A stretch of 64,000 nt of DNA from Candidatus Dormiibacterota bacterium (GCA_963713485.1 CAVQLW010000001.1:15834-79833); one strand, 5' to 3'. Positions 18,675 to 30,178 are shown, counted from the first letter of the stretch. Made by a program: numbers and translations. Notes: generated by a model not told the origin, from the sequence alone.

Positions 18675-20171
18675 GTGATTGCATGCGCCATAAGCTGTGC
18701 GACCAGGGGGCTCGTCGGCGTGCCGGTCACGGTCGAGGCGGACATCGCCAACGGCCTCCCGGGATTCGCCATTGTCGGCCTCACGGACCGGGCGATCCAG
18801 GAGGCTCGGGAACGGGTCAAGCCCGCGATCCGTAACGCGGGGTACAAGTTCCCGCAGCGCCGGGTCACCGTCAACCTCGCCCCCGCGGAGCTGCCCAAGG
18901 AGGGGACGGGGTTCGATCTCGCGATCGCGATCGCGATTCTTCGCGCGGAGGACACGTCGCTCCGGCTCGACGGCCTGGCATTCCTCGGTGAGCTGGCCCT
19001 CGACGCGTCGCTCCGCCCGGTCACCGGTGTCCTGCCGATGGCGAGATGTCTTGCCGCTGCGGGGATCCGGCGGCTGATCGTGCCGGTGGAGAATGCGTCG
19101 GAGGCCGCGCTCGCCGAGGGCGTCGAGGTGCTCGCCGCTCCCTCCCTGCAGGCGTGCGTCGAATACCTGCGCGGCGATTGCCGGCTGCTGCCCGGCGTCC
19201 GTGACGCGTCGCCGGCGGCCGTGCCCGAACCCGATCTCGGGGCAGTTCGCGGACAGGGCCAGGCCAAGCGGGCACTCGAGATCGCGGCCGCAGGTGGACA
19301 CAACGTTCTCATGACGGGTCCACCCGGGGCCGGGAAGACGATGCTCGCGCGGACCTTCCCGTCGCTGCTCCCCGATCTCCCGAATGACGCGGCCCTTGAG
19401 GTCGCAGCCATCTACTCGCTTCGAGGCACCCTACGCGAGCGTCCGCCGGCGACGCTGCGGCCACCCTTTCGGGCCCCGCACCACAGCATCTCGCGAGCGG
19501 GGCTGGTCGGCGGCGGGACCGGCCTCGCGCAACCCGGCGAGATCAGCCTCGCGCATCGTGGGGTCCTGTTCCTCGACGAGCTCTGCGAGTTCTCGCGCCA
19601 GCATCTCGAGGCGCTGCGCCAGCCCCTCGAGGAACATTCGGTCACCGTCGTCAGGGCGCGCGCCGCCGTCACCTACCCGGCCGACTTCATGCTCATCGGC
19701 GCATCCAACCCGTGCCCATGCGGGCACCTCGGCGACGCACAGGGGTGCAGCTGTGAACCGCGCCAGCTGACCGCGTACGAGTCACGGCTGAGCGGTCCGA
19801 TCAAGGACCGGATCGACCTGGTGGTGTCGGTCCCGCGCCAGGAGTACCGGGACATCTTCGAGGGGATCGAGGAGGAGCCCTCGGCGATGGTCCGCAGCCG
19901 AGTCGAGGCCGCTCGTGAGCGCCAGGCCGAGCGCCCGGCCGCCGGTGGCAAGGGCCCCCAGACGGGCCCCGAGATCCTCGCCGCGGCCCGGTCCACGGCC
20001 CCCGCCAGACGCCTGCTCGCACTCTCCGGCGAGCGCCTCCACCTGAGTGCGCGTGCGTTCTTCCGAGTGCTCCGTGTCGCCCGGACCATCGCGGACCTCG
20101 CCGGCGACGACCGGGTCGACGAGGACGCGCTCGCCGAGGCACTCCACTACCGGGTGGAGATGGCCGGATGA
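18675..20171 (+). CDS. comM: YifB/ComM family Mg-chelatase-like ATPase
   Basis: GVPVTVEADIANGLPGFAIVGLTDRAIQEARERV; Walker A MTGPPGAGKTMLA; GVLFLDEL; Cys cluster NPCPCGHLGD..C.C. Confidence 0.9.
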   Translation: MIACAISCATRGLVGVPVTVEADIANGLPGFAIVGLTDRAIQEARERVKPAIRNAGYKFPQRRVTVNLAPAELPKEGTGFDLAIAIAILRAEDTSLRLDGLAFLGELALDASLRPVTGVLPMARCLAAAGIRRLIVPVENASEAALAEGVEVLAAPSLQACVEYLRGDCRLLPGVRDASPAAVPEPDLGAVRGQGQAKRALEIAAAGGHNVLMTGPPGAGKTMLARTFPSLLPDLPNDAALEVAAIYSLRGTLRERPPATLRPPFRAPHHSISRAGLVGGGTGLAQPGEISLAHRGVLFLDELCEFSRQHLEALRQPLEEHSVTVVRARAAVTYPADFMLIGASNPCPCGHLGDAQGCSCEPRQLTAYESRLSGPIKDRIDLVVSVPRQEYRDIFEGIEEEPSAMVRSRVEAARERQAERPAAGGKGPQTGPEILAAARSTAPARRLLALSGERLHLSARAFFRVLRVARTIADLAGDDRVDEDALAEALHYRVEMAG

Positions 20172-21061
20172 AGCCCCAACCCCGATGGCTCGACCCCGCG
20201 TCGCCGGAGTGGCCGGAGTGCCTCGCGCACCTCGGGTCGCCACCACAAGGGCTGTGGCGGCTGGGGTCGATCGGCCCGCAGTCGCCCGCCGTCGCGATCG
20301 TCGGATCGCGGCGCGCCACCTTCACCGGCGTCGACATCGCCCGGTCCATCGCCATGGACCTCGGCGCGGCCGGGATCCAGGTCGTGAGCGGCATGGCGCT
20401 CGGCATCGACGCCGCCGCCCACACCGGCGCCCTTGACGGTGGCGGCTCGACCGTGGCGGTGCTGGGATGCGGGATCGACGTCTGCTACCCGCCGCGACAC
20501 GCCGAGCTTCGGGCTCGGATCATCGACGCGGGATCGATCCTCACCGAGGAGGAGGCCGGCACGGCGCCCTTCAAATTCAATTTCCCCAAGCGGAACCGCA
20601 TCATCGCGGCCCTCGCCGAGGCTGTGATCGTGGTCGAGGCCACCGAGCGGAGCGGTGCGCTGAGCACCGCCCGGTGGGCGGTCGACCTCGGCCGCGAGGT
20701 GCTTGCCGTGCCGGGATCGATCCGTTCGCGTCAGAGCAGCGGAACCAACCTGCTGATCCGTGACGGCGCCCGGCCATTTCTCGGAATCGCAGACCTCTTC
20801 GAGGCCGTCCCGGCTCTTCGAGCCGCCGCCGGTGATCGGGCGCCGGCCGATCAGCCGGAGGTGTCTTCGACGCCGGTCGAGCGTTTCAGCCCGGCACTGC
20901 GGGAGATACTGGCACGCATGGGAACGCAACCCGTTCACCCCGACCAGGTGGGGATCGCCTTGGGCCTCTCGCCGTCCGCTGTGGCGGCACGGCTCGGCGC
21001 GCTCGAGCTTGCCGGAGCCGTAATGTCCCTGCCCGGAGGCCTCGTGGCCCGTACCGTATAG
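20168..21061 (+). CDS. dprA: DNA processing protein DprA
   Basis: VAIVGSRRAT..G...A......AGIQVVSGMALGIDAAAH, FPKRNRIIAALAEAVIVVEA..RSGALSTA. C-terminal winged-helix-like tail. Confidence 0.9.
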   Translation: MKPQPRWLDPASPEWPECLAHLGSPPQGLWRLGSIGPQSPAVAIVGSRRATFTGVDIARSIAMDLGAAGIQVVSGMALGIDAAAHTGALDGGGSTVAVLGCGIDVCYPPRHAELRARIIDAGSILTEEEAGTAPFKFNFPKRNRIIAALAEAVIVVEATERSGALSTARWAVDLGREVLAVPGSIRSRQSSGTNLLIRDGARPFLGIADLFEAVPALRAAAGDRAPADQPEVSSTPVERFSPALREILARMGTQPVHPDQVGIALGLSPSAVAARLGALELAGAVMSLPGGLVARTV

Positions 21062-21092
21062 GCGGCCGCAGAGCCTCGTCTAGGAATACGAA

Positions 21093-23415
21093 ATGCAACG
21101 TCTGATCATCGTCGAGTTCGCCGAGCAAGGCGAAGACCCTCGCCCGTTTCCTCGGCTCCGAGTACATCGTCCTCGCGTCGATGGGCCACGTCCGCGATCT
21201 CCCCAAGTCGAAGATCGGCGTCGACGTCGAGTCCGGGTTCGTCCCGGAGTACGAGGTGGTGAAGGGGAAGGAGAAGCAGCTCCGCGATCTCAAGGCGGCC
21301 GCCAAGAAGGCGACGTCGACACTGCTCGCGGCCGACCCCGATCGCGAGGGCGAGGCGATCGCATGGCACCTCGCCGAGACGCTCGGCCTGCGCAACCCCG
21401 ATCGCATCGTCTTCCATGAGATCACCAAGCTCGCCGTCGACGCCGCACTGGCGCATCCGCGCAAGATCGACCGCTCCCTGGTCGCCGCCCAGGAGGCACG
21501 GCGCGTCATCGACCGCCTCGTCGGCTACCGGCTGTCGCCGCTGCTGTGGCGGAAGGTGCGCGCCGGCACGTCCGCGGGGCGTGTGCAGTCGGTCGCGGTG
21601 CGCCTCGTGGTGGATCGGGAAACCGAGATCGAGGCATTCGTTCCCGTCGAGTCCTGGACCATCGACGCCCTTCTTGCCAAAGATGCCAGCAACCCGTTCA
21701 CCGCGCGGTTGGTCGGCCGGCGGGGCGACGCGGACGCCCCGGAACGCGAGAAGCTCGAGCTCGGGACCCAGGCCGAGGCCGCCGAGGTCATCGCCGCGCT
21801 CGGGCTCGACGACAAGGGCGCCGTCACCGCACGAACGCCGGCCTTCGTCGTGCGGGCCATCGAGGTCAAGGAACGCTCGAGCCTGCCGCTGCCCCCGCAC
21901 ACGACGAGCACGCTGCAGCAGGATGCCAGCTCGCGGCTCGGCATGCCGCCGCGCCGGACGATGAGCGTCGCGCAGCAGCTGTACGAAGGCGTCGAGCTCG
22001 GGAGCGCGGGATCGACCGGCCTCATCACCTACATGCGCACCGACTCGATGCGCATCAGCGACTACGCCAAGGATGCCGCGAGAAAGCACATCACGACGAA
22101 ATACGGCAAGGAGTTCGTGGGGAGCGGTGCGGTGCGCGGCAAGAAGGCAGGGGTCAACGTGCAGGACGCGCACGAGGCGATCCGGCCGACGGACGTCGAT
22201 CGCACCCCTGATTCGGTGAGCTCCCATCTCTCCCGCGACCAGCTCAGGCTGTACGACCTGATCTGGCGCCGTTTCGTCGCGAGCCAGATGAGCCCCGCGA
22301 AATACCTCAACACGAGCGCCACCATCGACGCGGCCGACTACGTCTTCCGCGCGACGGGCTCGGTGGTCACCTTCGAGGGTTTCCAGAAGGTGTGGAAGCG
22401 CGACGAGGACAAGGACAGGGACACCACCCTGCCACTCCTCGTCGAGAAGGACGCGTTGCGGTGCCTCGAGATCTCGTCCGAGCAGCACTTCACGCAGCCA
22501 CCGCCACGCTACACGGAGGCGACGTTGATCAAGGAGCTCGAGGAGCGCGGCATCGGGCGTCCCTCGACATACGCGGCGATCATCGACGTGATCCAGGAAC
22601 GCCTCTACGTGAAGCAGGTCGAGCGCCGGCTTCACCCGACCGAGCTGGGCAAGACCGTCGACACCGTGCTCCGCCAGAACTTCCCCGACATCGTCGATGT
22701 CGCGTTCACCGCCGCCCTCGAGAAGCGCCTCGACTCGGTGGAGGAAGGGACCCGCGAGTACGAGCCCACCGTGCGGGAGTGGTACGAGCCGTTCTCGGAG
22801 ACGCTCGAGCGGGCCGAACGGTCGATGGAGCGCGTCCGCGTGCCGGCTCGTGAGACGGGCGAGGAGTGTCCGGAGTGCGAGATCGGGCAGCTGGTCGTCC
22901 GGGAGGGGAAGTTCGGCGAGTTCGTCGGGTGCTCGCGGTTCCCGGACTGCAAATACATCAAGGACCGCAAGAAGAGCGACGCGCAGGCGACGGGCGAGCC
23001 GTGTCCCATCTGCTCGAAGCCGCTCGTGACGCGGCAGGGACGGCGCGGACCGTTCGTGGGCTGCTCCGGCTATCCGAGCTGCACGTTCATCAAGGACGGC
23101 CGCCCGGCTTCCGACGGTGAGGCGCCCGCCGCTGAGACCGAGGCGCTTGGAGCGTGCCCGCAATGTGGCAAACCGCTCCGGCGGCGAAGCGGCCGGCGCG
23201 GATCGTTCGTCGGATGCACCGGGTATCCGGATTGCAAATACATCCAACCAGGCGCCGCCACCCGGCCCGCGGGACCGGCCCCGGAACCGACCGGCGAGCC
23301 CTGCCCAGACTGCGGCAAGCCGCTGGTGACGCGGCAGGGCCGGTATGGCCCGTTCGTCAGCTGCTCGGGCTATCCGGCCTGCAAGTACCGGCCCCCCAAG
23401 ACCGTCGCGGTATGA
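21093..23415 (+). CDS. topA: DNA topoisomerase I with four C-terminal C4 zinc ribbons; one +1 frame break near the 5' end
   Basis: MQRLIIVE (ATG 21093), then the +1 frame gives [29 protein letters not shown] (break at TT 21117-21118). [12 protein letters not shown] (Toprim). Active-site region [10 protein letters not shown]. Confidence 0.95.
22867..23388 (+). repeat. Four tandem coding repeats (C4 zinc-ribbon modules) inside topA
   Basis: [30 protein letters not shown] / [29 protein letters not shown] / [29 protein letters not shown] / [29 protein letters not shown]. Confidence 0.85.
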
Positions 23416-23990
23416 CGCCCGCACACGCGACGACCGTCGTGGCGGTGCAGCGCGATGGCACGGTCGCTGTGGCCGGCGACGGGCAGGTGACCGTGGGCGA
23501 CATCGTGATGAAGCAACGCGCCCAGAAGGTCCGGCGCCTGCACCACGGGCAGGTGGTCTGCGGATTCGCCGGGGCGGTCGCCGACGCGCTGACGCTCTTC
23601 GACAAGTTCGAGCAGCACCTCGACAAGCATCAGGGGAACCTCGTCCGGGCCGCGATCGGTCTGAGCAAGGAGTGGCGGACCGACAAATACCTCCGGCGCC
23701 TCGAGGCGATGCTCATCGTCGCCGACGCCAACCGGATCCTGCTGCTCAGCGGCGATGGCGAGGTGATCGAACCCGACGAGAACGACGGCGTGGTCGCGAT
23801 CGGCAGCGGCGGCCCGTACGCGCATGCGGCGGCGGCAGCGCTGCTCGGCAGCACCGACCTCGGCGCCGAGGAGATCGCCAGGCGGGCGCTGCTGATCGCC
23901 GCGCGGCTCTGCATCTACACCAACGACAACATCACCGTGGAGACCCTGGAGCAGGGCACCACGGCCCATCCGGCGCCGGCCCCGGGATGA
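23412..23990 (+). CDS. hslV: ATP-dependent protease subunit HslV (CodW-like, with short N-terminal extension)
   Basis: [27 protein letters not shown]...[17 protein letters not shown]...[39 protein letters not shown] overlap with topA. Confidence 0.93.
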   Translation: MTPAHATTVVAVQRDGTVAVAGDGQVTVGDIVMKQRAQKVRRLHHGQVVCGFAGAVADALTLFDKFEQHLDKHQGNLVRAAIGLSKEWRTDKYLRRLEAMLIVADANRILLLSGDGEVIEPDENDGVVAIGSGGPYAHAAAAALLGSTDLGAEEIARRALLIAARLCIYTNDNITVETLEQGTTAHPAPAPG

Positions 23991-25438
23991 CCAGCGCCGC
24001 GATGCTGGAGCCGGTTCCCGAGGAGCCGAGCGGCGCGCACGACCGCATCGAGGCGGTCGCCGGCGAGAGCCTTCGTCCGGCCGAGGTGGTTCGCCGCCTC
24101 GACGAGTACATCATCGGCCAGCAGGAGGCGAAGCGCTCGGTGGCGATCGCGCTGCGCAACCGTGTTCGCCGCCGCATGCTGCCGGACGACCTGCGCGACG
24201 AGGTGCTCCCCAAGAACATCCTCATGATCGGCCCGACCGGCGTCGGCAAGACCGAGATTGCGAGACGGGTCGCCCGGCTGACCAAGTCGCCGTTCATCAA
24301 GGTTGAGGCGACCAAGTTCACCGAGGTCGGATACGTCGGCCGCGACGTCGAATCCATCCTCCGCGACCTGCTCGAGCAGACGATCACCGAGCTGCACGAG
24401 GACCGGATCGCGGAGGTCGAGGGTCGGGCTCGGACGCTTGCCGATGCGCGCCTCCTCGACACGCTCCATGAGGCGGCCGAACGGCAGGCGGTATCCCGCG
24501 CTCCGGACGGCGGTGCCGAGCCGGATCCACACCACGCTGCCCACGAGGCCCGCCGGCGCAGCGCCCGCCGGCGACGCCTGGCACGAAGGCTCGCCGCCGG
24601 CGCGCTCGAGTCGGCGCCCGTCGACATCGAGGTCGACGAGCCGTTCCAGCCTGCATTCGAGGGCTTCACCGGCACCGGCCTCGAGGAAGTGGGCGTCTCA
24701 CTCTCGGACTTCTTCTCACAGCTCGCCCCACCCCGGAAACGGAAGAAGCTCATGACCGTCGCCGAGGCGCGGGACGTCCTCATCGACGAGGAGACCGACC
24801 GGCTCATCGACATGGACCGCGTCTACGACGACGCGATCCGCCTCGTCGAGGACTCGGGCGTCGTCTTCATCGACGAGGTCGACAAGATCTGCGGCCCCTC
24901 GTCGGATCGCGGCCCCGACGTCAGCGGCGAAGGCGTGCAGCGCGATCTCCTGCCGATCCTCGAGGGCTCGACGGTGCACACGCGGTACGGCCCGGTGCGC
25001 ACCGACCACGTGCTCTTCATCGCCGCAGGCGCGTTCACCGCCGCACGGCCCAGCGACCTCATCCCCGAGTTCCAGGGACGGTTCCCGATCCGGGTCGAGC
25101 TGCGGCCGCTCAGCGAGGAGGACCTCGTCCGCATCCTCACGGAACCCGGCAACGCGCTGACCCGGCAGTACGCGGCGTTGCTCGGCACCGAGAACGTGAC
25201 CCTCGACTTCACACCTGACGGGATCCGCGAGCTTGCAGCCCAGGCATATCGCGTCAACGAGGAGGACGAGAACCTTGGCGCGCGCCGCCTCTTCACGATC
25301 ATGGAGAAGGTGCTCGAGGATGTCTCCTTCGGCGCGGAGGAGCTGACCGGCACCACCGTCGTGATCGACGGCGCGTACGTCGGTGAGCGTCTCGGCGACC
25401 TGGTCGGCAATCAGGACCTGCGCCGCTACGTGCTCTGA
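23987..25438 (+). CDS. hslU: ATP-dependent protease ATPase subunit HslU
   Basis: [29 protein letters not shown], Walker [16 protein letters not shown], Walker [30 protein letters not shown] overlap with hslV. Confidence 0.95.
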   Translation: MTSAAMLEPVPEEPSGAHDRIEAVAGESLRPAEVVRRLDEYIIGQQEAKRSVAIALRNRVRRRMLPDDLRDEVLPKNILMIGPTGVGKTEIARRVARLTKSPFIKVEATKFTEVGYVGRDVESILRDLLEQTITELHEDRIAEVEGRARTLADARLLDTLHEAAERQAVSRAPDGGAEPDPHHAAHEARRRSARRRRLARRLAAGALESAPVDIEVDEPFQPAFEGFTGTGLEEVGVSLSDFFSQLAPPRKRKKLMTVAEARDVLIDEETDRLIDMDRVYDDAIRLVEDSGVVFIDEVDKICGPSSDRGPDVSGEGVQRDLLPILEGSTVHTRYGPVRTDHVLFIAAGAFTAARPSDLIPEFQGRFPIRVELRPLSEEDLVRILTEPGNALTRQYAALLGTENVTLDFTPDGIRELAAQAYRVNEEDENLGARRLFTIMEKVLEDVSFGAEELTGTTVVIDGAYVGERLGDLVGNQDLRRYVL

Positions 25439-25609
25439 GGCCGCCGCCACCGGCCGCCCGATTCCCAACGTGGGCGGCGTGCGGGGCTGATACACTCGGT
25501 CCATCTCACACGTCCGGTTCACGCGGCCGGCGGGTGCCCGGTGTCCCCGGGTCGCCGCCGCGGTTCACCCCGGACGGACGCGCCACACCACCAACAGGAG
25601 CGACCGCCC

Positions 25610-26503
25610 ATGCCGGCAGCAACACTGCGCCAGCTGCTGGAGGCCGGAGTTCACTTCGGCCACCAGACCAGCCGGTGGAACCCCCGGATGCGCCCGTACA
25701 TCTTCACGTCGCGCAACGGCATCCACATCATCGACCTCGAGCAGACCCAGAAGCAGCTCGACGCCGCCTGTGAGTATCTCCGCGACATAGTGGCAAGCGG
25801 CCAGAAGGTCCTCTTCGTCGGCACGAAGAAGCAGGCGCAGGATGTGATCGAGGAGGTCTGCCGGAACACCGGGCAGGCCTACGTCACCCATCGGTGGATG
25901 GGCGGCATGCTCACCAACTTCACCGTCATCCAGCGCCGGTTGCGCAGGCTCGCCGAGCTCCGCGTGATGCAGTCGCGCGGCGATTTCGAGCGGATGAGCG
26001 GCAAGGAGGCCAACGATGCCCGCGACGACCTCGAGCGCCTCGAGAACAACTTCGCCGGCATGGCCGAGATGAAGCGCCTCCCCGGCGCCGTCTTCGTCAT
26101 CGACTGCAAGAAAGAGCGCATCGCGGTGACCGAGGCAAACAAGCTCGGCATCCCGATTGTGGCCATCGTCGACACCAACTGCGACCCTGATCCGATTCAG
26201 ATGGTCATCCCGGGCAACGACGACGCGATGCGCAGCTGCCGGCTGATCGTCGGTGCCATCGGACAGGCGATCACCGAGGGCCTGCAGCAGTTCAGCGAGC
26301 GCGAGATCCAGGAACGCCAGGAAGCGGAGCGACGCGACCGCGAGGCCGCGCTTGCCGCGGAGCAGGCGGCGCTTGCCGCTGCGGAGGCGGCGGCAGCGGC
26401 AGCGGCACATGCCACGGCCATGGCCGAGGGGGCTGCGGAGCAGCCGGCCGAGGAACTCGCGACCACCGCCGCTACCGCGGCGGCGACGGAGGGAAACGCC
26501 TGA
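25610..26503 (+). CDS. rpsB: 30S ribosomal protein S2 with Ala/Glu-rich C-terminal tail
   Basis: [32 protein letters not shown], preceded by AGGAG. The ORF-track start (25541) is upstream of the conserved N-terminus. Confidence 0.95.
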   Translation: MPAATLRQLLEAGVHFGHQTSRWNPRMRPYIFTSRNGIHIIDLEQTQKQLDAACEYLRDIVASGQKVLFVGTKKQAQDVIEEVCRNTGQAYVTHRWMGGMLTNFTVIQRRLRRLAELRVMQSRGDFERMSGKEANDARDDLERLENNFAGMAEMKRLPGAVFVIDCKKERIAVTEANKLGIPIVAIVDTNCDPDPIQMVIPGNDDAMRSCRLIVGAIGQAITEGLQQFSEREIQERQEAERRDREAALAAEQAALAAAEAAAAAAAHATAMAEGAAEQPAEELATTAATAAATEGNA

Positions 26504-27144
26504 TGGCAGCGGTGACCGCAGCGATGGTGAAAGCCCTGCGCGAGCGGACGGGCGCCGGGATGATGGACTGCAAACGCGCCCTTGTGGAGTGCGACGGCGA
26601 CATGGACAAGGCGGAGGACTGGCTGCGCGCCAAGGGGTTCTCCCGGGCTGCGGCGAAGGCCGGACGCACCACCAACGAAGGCATGATCGACGCCTACATC
26701 CATCACGCCGGCGGCATCGCAAAGCAGGGAGCGCTGGTCGAGATCAACTGCGAATCGGACTTCGTCGCGAAGACCGACGACTTCAAGTCGCTCGCGCACT
26801 CGCTGGCCCTGCAGGTCGTCGGCGCCTCGCCGCAGTACGTGCGCCGTGAGGATGTGCCCGCGGAGATCGTCGAGCGCGAGCGCGCCGTCTACCGCGAGCA
26901 GGTGCAGGGCAAGCCCGAGAACATCATCGAGAAGATCCTCACCGGCAAGCTCGATGCCTTCTACGCGCAGGTCTGTCTGCTCGAGCAGCCCTGGATCAAG
27001 GACGACAGCAAGAAGGTCCGCGACCTGGTCACCGAGGCGATCGCGAAGCTCGGCGAGAACATCTCGGTGGCTCGATTCGCCCGGTTCTCGGTGGGCGAGG
27101 ACGGCACCAACAGCGACGGCGCCGACGCGCCGGACGCAGCGTGA
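26503..27144 (+). CDS. tsf: Translation elongation factor Ts (short form)
   Basis: [40 protein letters not shown]; ...[15 protein letters not shown]. Confidence 0.93.
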   Translation: MAAVTAAMVKALRERTGAGMMDCKRALVECDGDMDKAEDWLRAKGFSRAAAKAGRTTNEGMIDAYIHHAGGIAKQGALVEINCESDFVAKTDDFKSLAHSLALQVVGASPQYVRREDVPAEIVERERAVYREQVQGKPENIIEKILTGKLDAFYAQVCLLEQPWIKDDSKKVRDLVTEAIAKLGENISVARFARFSVGEDGTNSDGADAPDAA

Positions 27145-27929
27145 GCCTCGGAGCGACGAACGTGGAACTTGCCGACATCGAGGGACGCGTCCGCGACGGA
27201 CGCAGGCCGGTGTTCGACAGGGTCATCCTCAAGCTCGGCGGCGAAGCCCTGCTCGGCACGGCGGAGTACGGCATCGACGAGAAGGCCGCGCACCATATCG
27301 CCGAGCAGCTGACGCACATCCTCGAGCGCGGCGTCCAGGTCGCGATCGTCGTCGGCGGCGGCAACATCGTCCGTGGCACCGAGATGAGCCAGCACGGGAT
27401 CGACCGGGTCACCGCCGACTACATGGGCATGCTGGCGACGGTGATCAACGCGCTCGCGCTGCGTGACGCGATCGAGCAGGTCGGGATCGCGTGCCGCCTC
27501 CAGAGCGCCATCGCCATGCAGCAGGTTGCCGAGCCGTTCATCCCCCGGCGCGCCATCCGCCACCTCGAGAAGGGCCGCGTGGTGATCATGGCGGCCGGCA
27601 CCGGGAACCCGTTCTTCACGACCGACACGACCGCCGCGCTGCGTGCCGTCGAGATCGGCGCCGACGTCCTGCTCAAGGCCACGAAGGTCGACGGCATCTA
27701 CAGCGCCGACCCGCACAAGGTCAGCACCGCCACGCGGCTCGAGAAGCTCTCTTACATGGACGTGCTCAATCGCGGGCTGGCGATCATGGACAGCACGGCG
27801 GTGACGCTGTGCATGGACAACCGCATGCCGATCATCGTCTTCGACCTCTTCACCGAGGGCAACATCGAACGCGTCATCCTGGGCGAGAACATCGGGACCC
27901 GCGTCGACGCCGAGGGTGGCGTGGCGTGA
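27141..27929 (+). CDS. pyrH: UMP kinase
   Basis: [69 protein letters not shown]. Confidence 0.93.
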   Translation: MSLGATNVELADIEGRVRDGRRPVFDRVILKLGGEALLGTAEYGIDEKAAHHIAEQLTHILERGVQVAIVVGGGNIVRGTEMSQHGIDRVTADYMGMLATVINALALRDAIEQVGIACRLQSAIAMQQVAEPFIPRRAIRHLEKGRVVIMAAGTGNPFFTTDTTAALRAVEIGADVLLKATKVDGIYSADPHKVSTATRLEKLSYMDVLNRGLAIMDSTAVTLCMDNRMPIIVFDLFTEGNIERVILGENIGTRVDAEGGVA

Positions 27930-28519
27930 CCGACCGCGAGAAACCCGACGATCCCGCCGAGCAGCTCGCGATGCGCGTCACGGACGCGAAGTCGCGCATG
28001 GAGAAGAGCGTCGAGGCCCTGCACCGCGATCTCATGACCGTGCGAACCGGCCGCGCGTCGCCGGCATTGCTGGAGCGGCTCCACGTCGACTACTACGGGT
28101 CCCCGACACCGCTGCAATCGCTCGCCGGAATCAGCGTGCCCGAGGCCAGCATGCTCGTCATCGCGCCGTATGACCGCAGCTCGCTGTCCGCCATCGAGAA
28201 GGCGATCCAGAAGAGCGACCTGGGGCTCAACCCGAGCAACGACGGCCAGGTGATCCGGGTCGCGATCCCGCAGCTCACCGAGGAGCGCCGCAAGGAGCTG
28301 GTCAAGGTCCTCCATCGCAAGGCTGAAGAGGCACGCGTGGCCGTGCGGAACATCCGCCGTGACGAGGTCGATCACCTCCGCCGCGTCGAGAAGGAGGGCC
28401 ACGTGAGCAAGGACGAGGTCGCGACCAAGCTCACCGAGGTGCAGAAGATCACCGACCTGTACATCGCTCGCATCGATGAGGCCAGTCAGCGCAAGGAGGC
28501 TGAGATCCTCGAGGTCTGA
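27926..28519 (+). CDS. frr: Ribosome recycling factor
   Basis: [49 protein letters not shown]...[17 protein letters not shown] 27926 overlaps the pyrH stop (alternative ATG 27971). Confidence 0.92.
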   Translation: MTDREKPDDPAEQLAMRVTDAKSRMEKSVEALHRDLMTVRTGRASPALLERLHVDYYGSPTPLQSLAGISVPEASMLVIAPYDRSSLSAIEKAIQKSDLGLNPSNDGQVIRVAIPQLTEERRKELVKVLHRKAEEARVAVRNIRRDEVDHLRRVEKEGHVSKDEVATKLTEVQKITDLYIARIDEASQRKEAEILEV

Positions 28520-28577
28520 TGCGCCCGGCCAGCGAAACGGCCGGTGCCCTCAGGCCGTTCTGACCTCGAGCCCCACA

Positions 28578-29372
28578 ATGCAGCGTCCACCCGCCGCCGC
28601 CGCTGTCCCGCTCCCGGCAAGGACCGACCTGCCGCGGCACATCGGCATCATCATGGACGGCAACGGACGGTGGGCCCGCCAGCGCCACCTCCCGCGCGTG
28701 GCCGGTCACCGCGCCGGCGTGCGCGCCATCCGCCCTGTGATGCAGGCGTGCCACCAGGCGGGCGTCCACATCCTCACCCTCTACGCGTTCAGCACCGAGA
28801 ACTGGCAGCGGCCGCGAACCGAGGTCACCGCGCTCATGAAGCTGTTCGGCGACACGATCGACCGTGAGGTCGGCGAGCTGCACGAGAACGGCGTGCAGAT
28901 CCGCGTCCTCGGCGACCGGGCCCGGCTCAGCACCTCGCTGCAGGCGAAGGTCGCCCAGGCCGAGGCGCTCACGGCGCACAACACCTCGGCCATCCTCAAC
29001 GTCGCGATCAACTACGGGGGCAGGGACGAGATCGTCGCAGCGATCCGGGACCTCGCCGAATCCGGTTTCGATCTCAGAGCGCTCGACGAGGCGACGCTGA
29101 GCCAGGCGCTCTACACCGGCGGCCTGCCCGACCCGGACCTCATCGTACGCACGGCTGGCGAGCTCAGGATCAGCAACTTCCTCCTCTGGCAGGCTGCCTA
29201 CGCGGAGCTCTACGTCACGGACACCCTCTGGCCCGACTTCGGCGAGTCGGCGATCCACGACGCGCTCTACGACTTCTCGTGCCGGGAGCGGAAGTTCGGC
29301 GCGGTCCCGGACTCGATCGAGCGGGTTCCCGCCGGCCTCAACGGCGTCCAGCGCGTGTCACCGGCGGGATGA
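28578..29372 (+). CDS. uppS: Isoprenyl transferase (undecaprenyl diphosphate synthase)
   Basis: PRHIGIIMDGNGRWA, LTLYAFSTENWQRP, IRTAGELRISNFLLWQAAYAELY. Start at ATG 28578, not the ORF-track 28476. Confidence 0.93.
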   Translation: MQRPPAAAAVPLPARTDLPRHIGIIMDGNGRWARQRHLPRVAGHRAGVRAIRPVMQACHQAGVHILTLYAFSTENWQRPRTEVTALMKLFGDTIDREVGELHENGVQIRVLGDRARLSTSLQAKVAQAEALTAHNTSAILNVAINYGGRDEIVAAIRDLAESGFDLRALDEATLSQALYTGGLPDPDLIVRTAGELRISNFLLWQAAYAELYVTDTLWPDFGESAIHDALYDFSCRERKFGAVPDSIERVPAGLNGVQRVSPAG

Positions 29373-30178
29373 ATCTCGCCCTCAGGGTCGTCTCGGGCGT
29401 CGTCCTGGCGGGGCTCATCGTCGCGGCGCTCTGGATCGGCACCGCCGCGGTCGCGGTGGTGCTGGGCGTCGCCGCGCTGCTCGGTGCGTGGGAGCTTCGC
29501 CAGCTCCTCATCCGGATCGGCTCGTCGCCGCCGCTCTGGCTGATCCTGCCGCTGAGCGTCTGGCTGGCCATCCGGTTCGTGTTCCCCGCGGGCGACACGG
29601 CGACTGACTACGGGTTGGCCGCGGCGGTGGTGGTCGGCCTCCTCGCCGGGATCGTGATCCGCCAGGGTTTCGCGGGATGGGCGCTCGCGGTGGGCGGCGC
29701 CGTCTACGTCGGCCTCTGCCTCGGCTTCTGGCTCGCGATCTACCGGTGGCACGTTCCGGACGCCAACCACCTCGGCCTCCGCCTCGTGGTGCTGGCGGTC
29801 GGCGGCGCGGTGGTCGGCGACACGGTGGCGTACTTCGTCGGCACCGCGATCGGACGCCATCCCTTCTTCCACTCGATCTCGCCACGGAAATCAGTGGAGG
29901 GGGCGGTCGCCGGCGCGGTCGGCAGCGTGCTCGTGGGCGCTCTCGCCGGGCCCTGGTTGATCGGGATCAGCGTTCCGCTCGGCGCGTTGCTCGGGGCGCT
30001 GATGGCGGTGGCCGCCCAGGGAGGGGATCTCGTCGAATCCGCCATCAAACGCGAGGCGGGTGTCAAGGATTCGGGGACGCTGATCCCGGGGCACGGCGGC
30101 CTGCTCGACCGGGCGGACAGTCTCGTGCTGATGGCCCCGGTCGTATATTGCTACTTGAAGCTGATCGCATTCCCGTAA
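29369..30178 (+). CDS. cdsA: Phosphatidate cytidylyltransferase
   Basis: Polytopic membrane protein with signature SAIKREAGVKDSGTLIPGHGGLLDRADS. ATGA overlap with uppS. Confidence 0.88.
   Translation: MNLALRVVSGVVLAGLIVAALWIGTAAVAVVLGVAALLGAWELRQLLIRIGSSPPLWLILPLSVWLAIRFVFPAGDTATDYGLAAAVVVGLLAGIVIRQGFAGWALAVGGAVYVGLCLGFWLAIYRWHVPDANHLGLRLVVLAVGGAVVGDTVAYFVGTAIGRHPFFHSISPRKSVEGAVAGAVGSVLVGALAGPWLIGISVPLGALLGALMAVAAQGGDLVESAIKREAGVKDSGTLIPGHGGLLDRADSLVLMAPVVYCYLKLIAFP

Noticed and set aside
22867-23388. Periodic ~135-nt repetition that could be mistaken for a repeat array
   Set aside because: The repeats are in-frame coding modules (four C4 zinc ribbons of TopA) with divergent nucleotide sequence. 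There is no spacer/repeat structure, so this is not a CRISPR array.
21106-23424. 772-aa minus-strand ORF antisense to topA
   Set aside because: It is an exact antisense shadow of a gene with unmistakable TopA motifs. The composition is Arg/Ala/Gly/Leu-rich with no motifs.
25439-25609. Possible structured rpsB leader or terminator after hslU (GCCGCCC...GGGCGGC; repeated GGTTCAC)
   Set aside because: Stems are short and GC-driven, with no U tract. I cannot match it to a known r-protein leader without a covariance model, so it is not reported as a feature.
26330-26470. GCG/GCA/GCC-rich microsatellite-like tract
   Set aside because: It is in frame and encodes the Ala/Glu-rich tail of S2 ([31 protein letters not shown]). 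This is low-complexity coding sequence, not a non-coding repeat.
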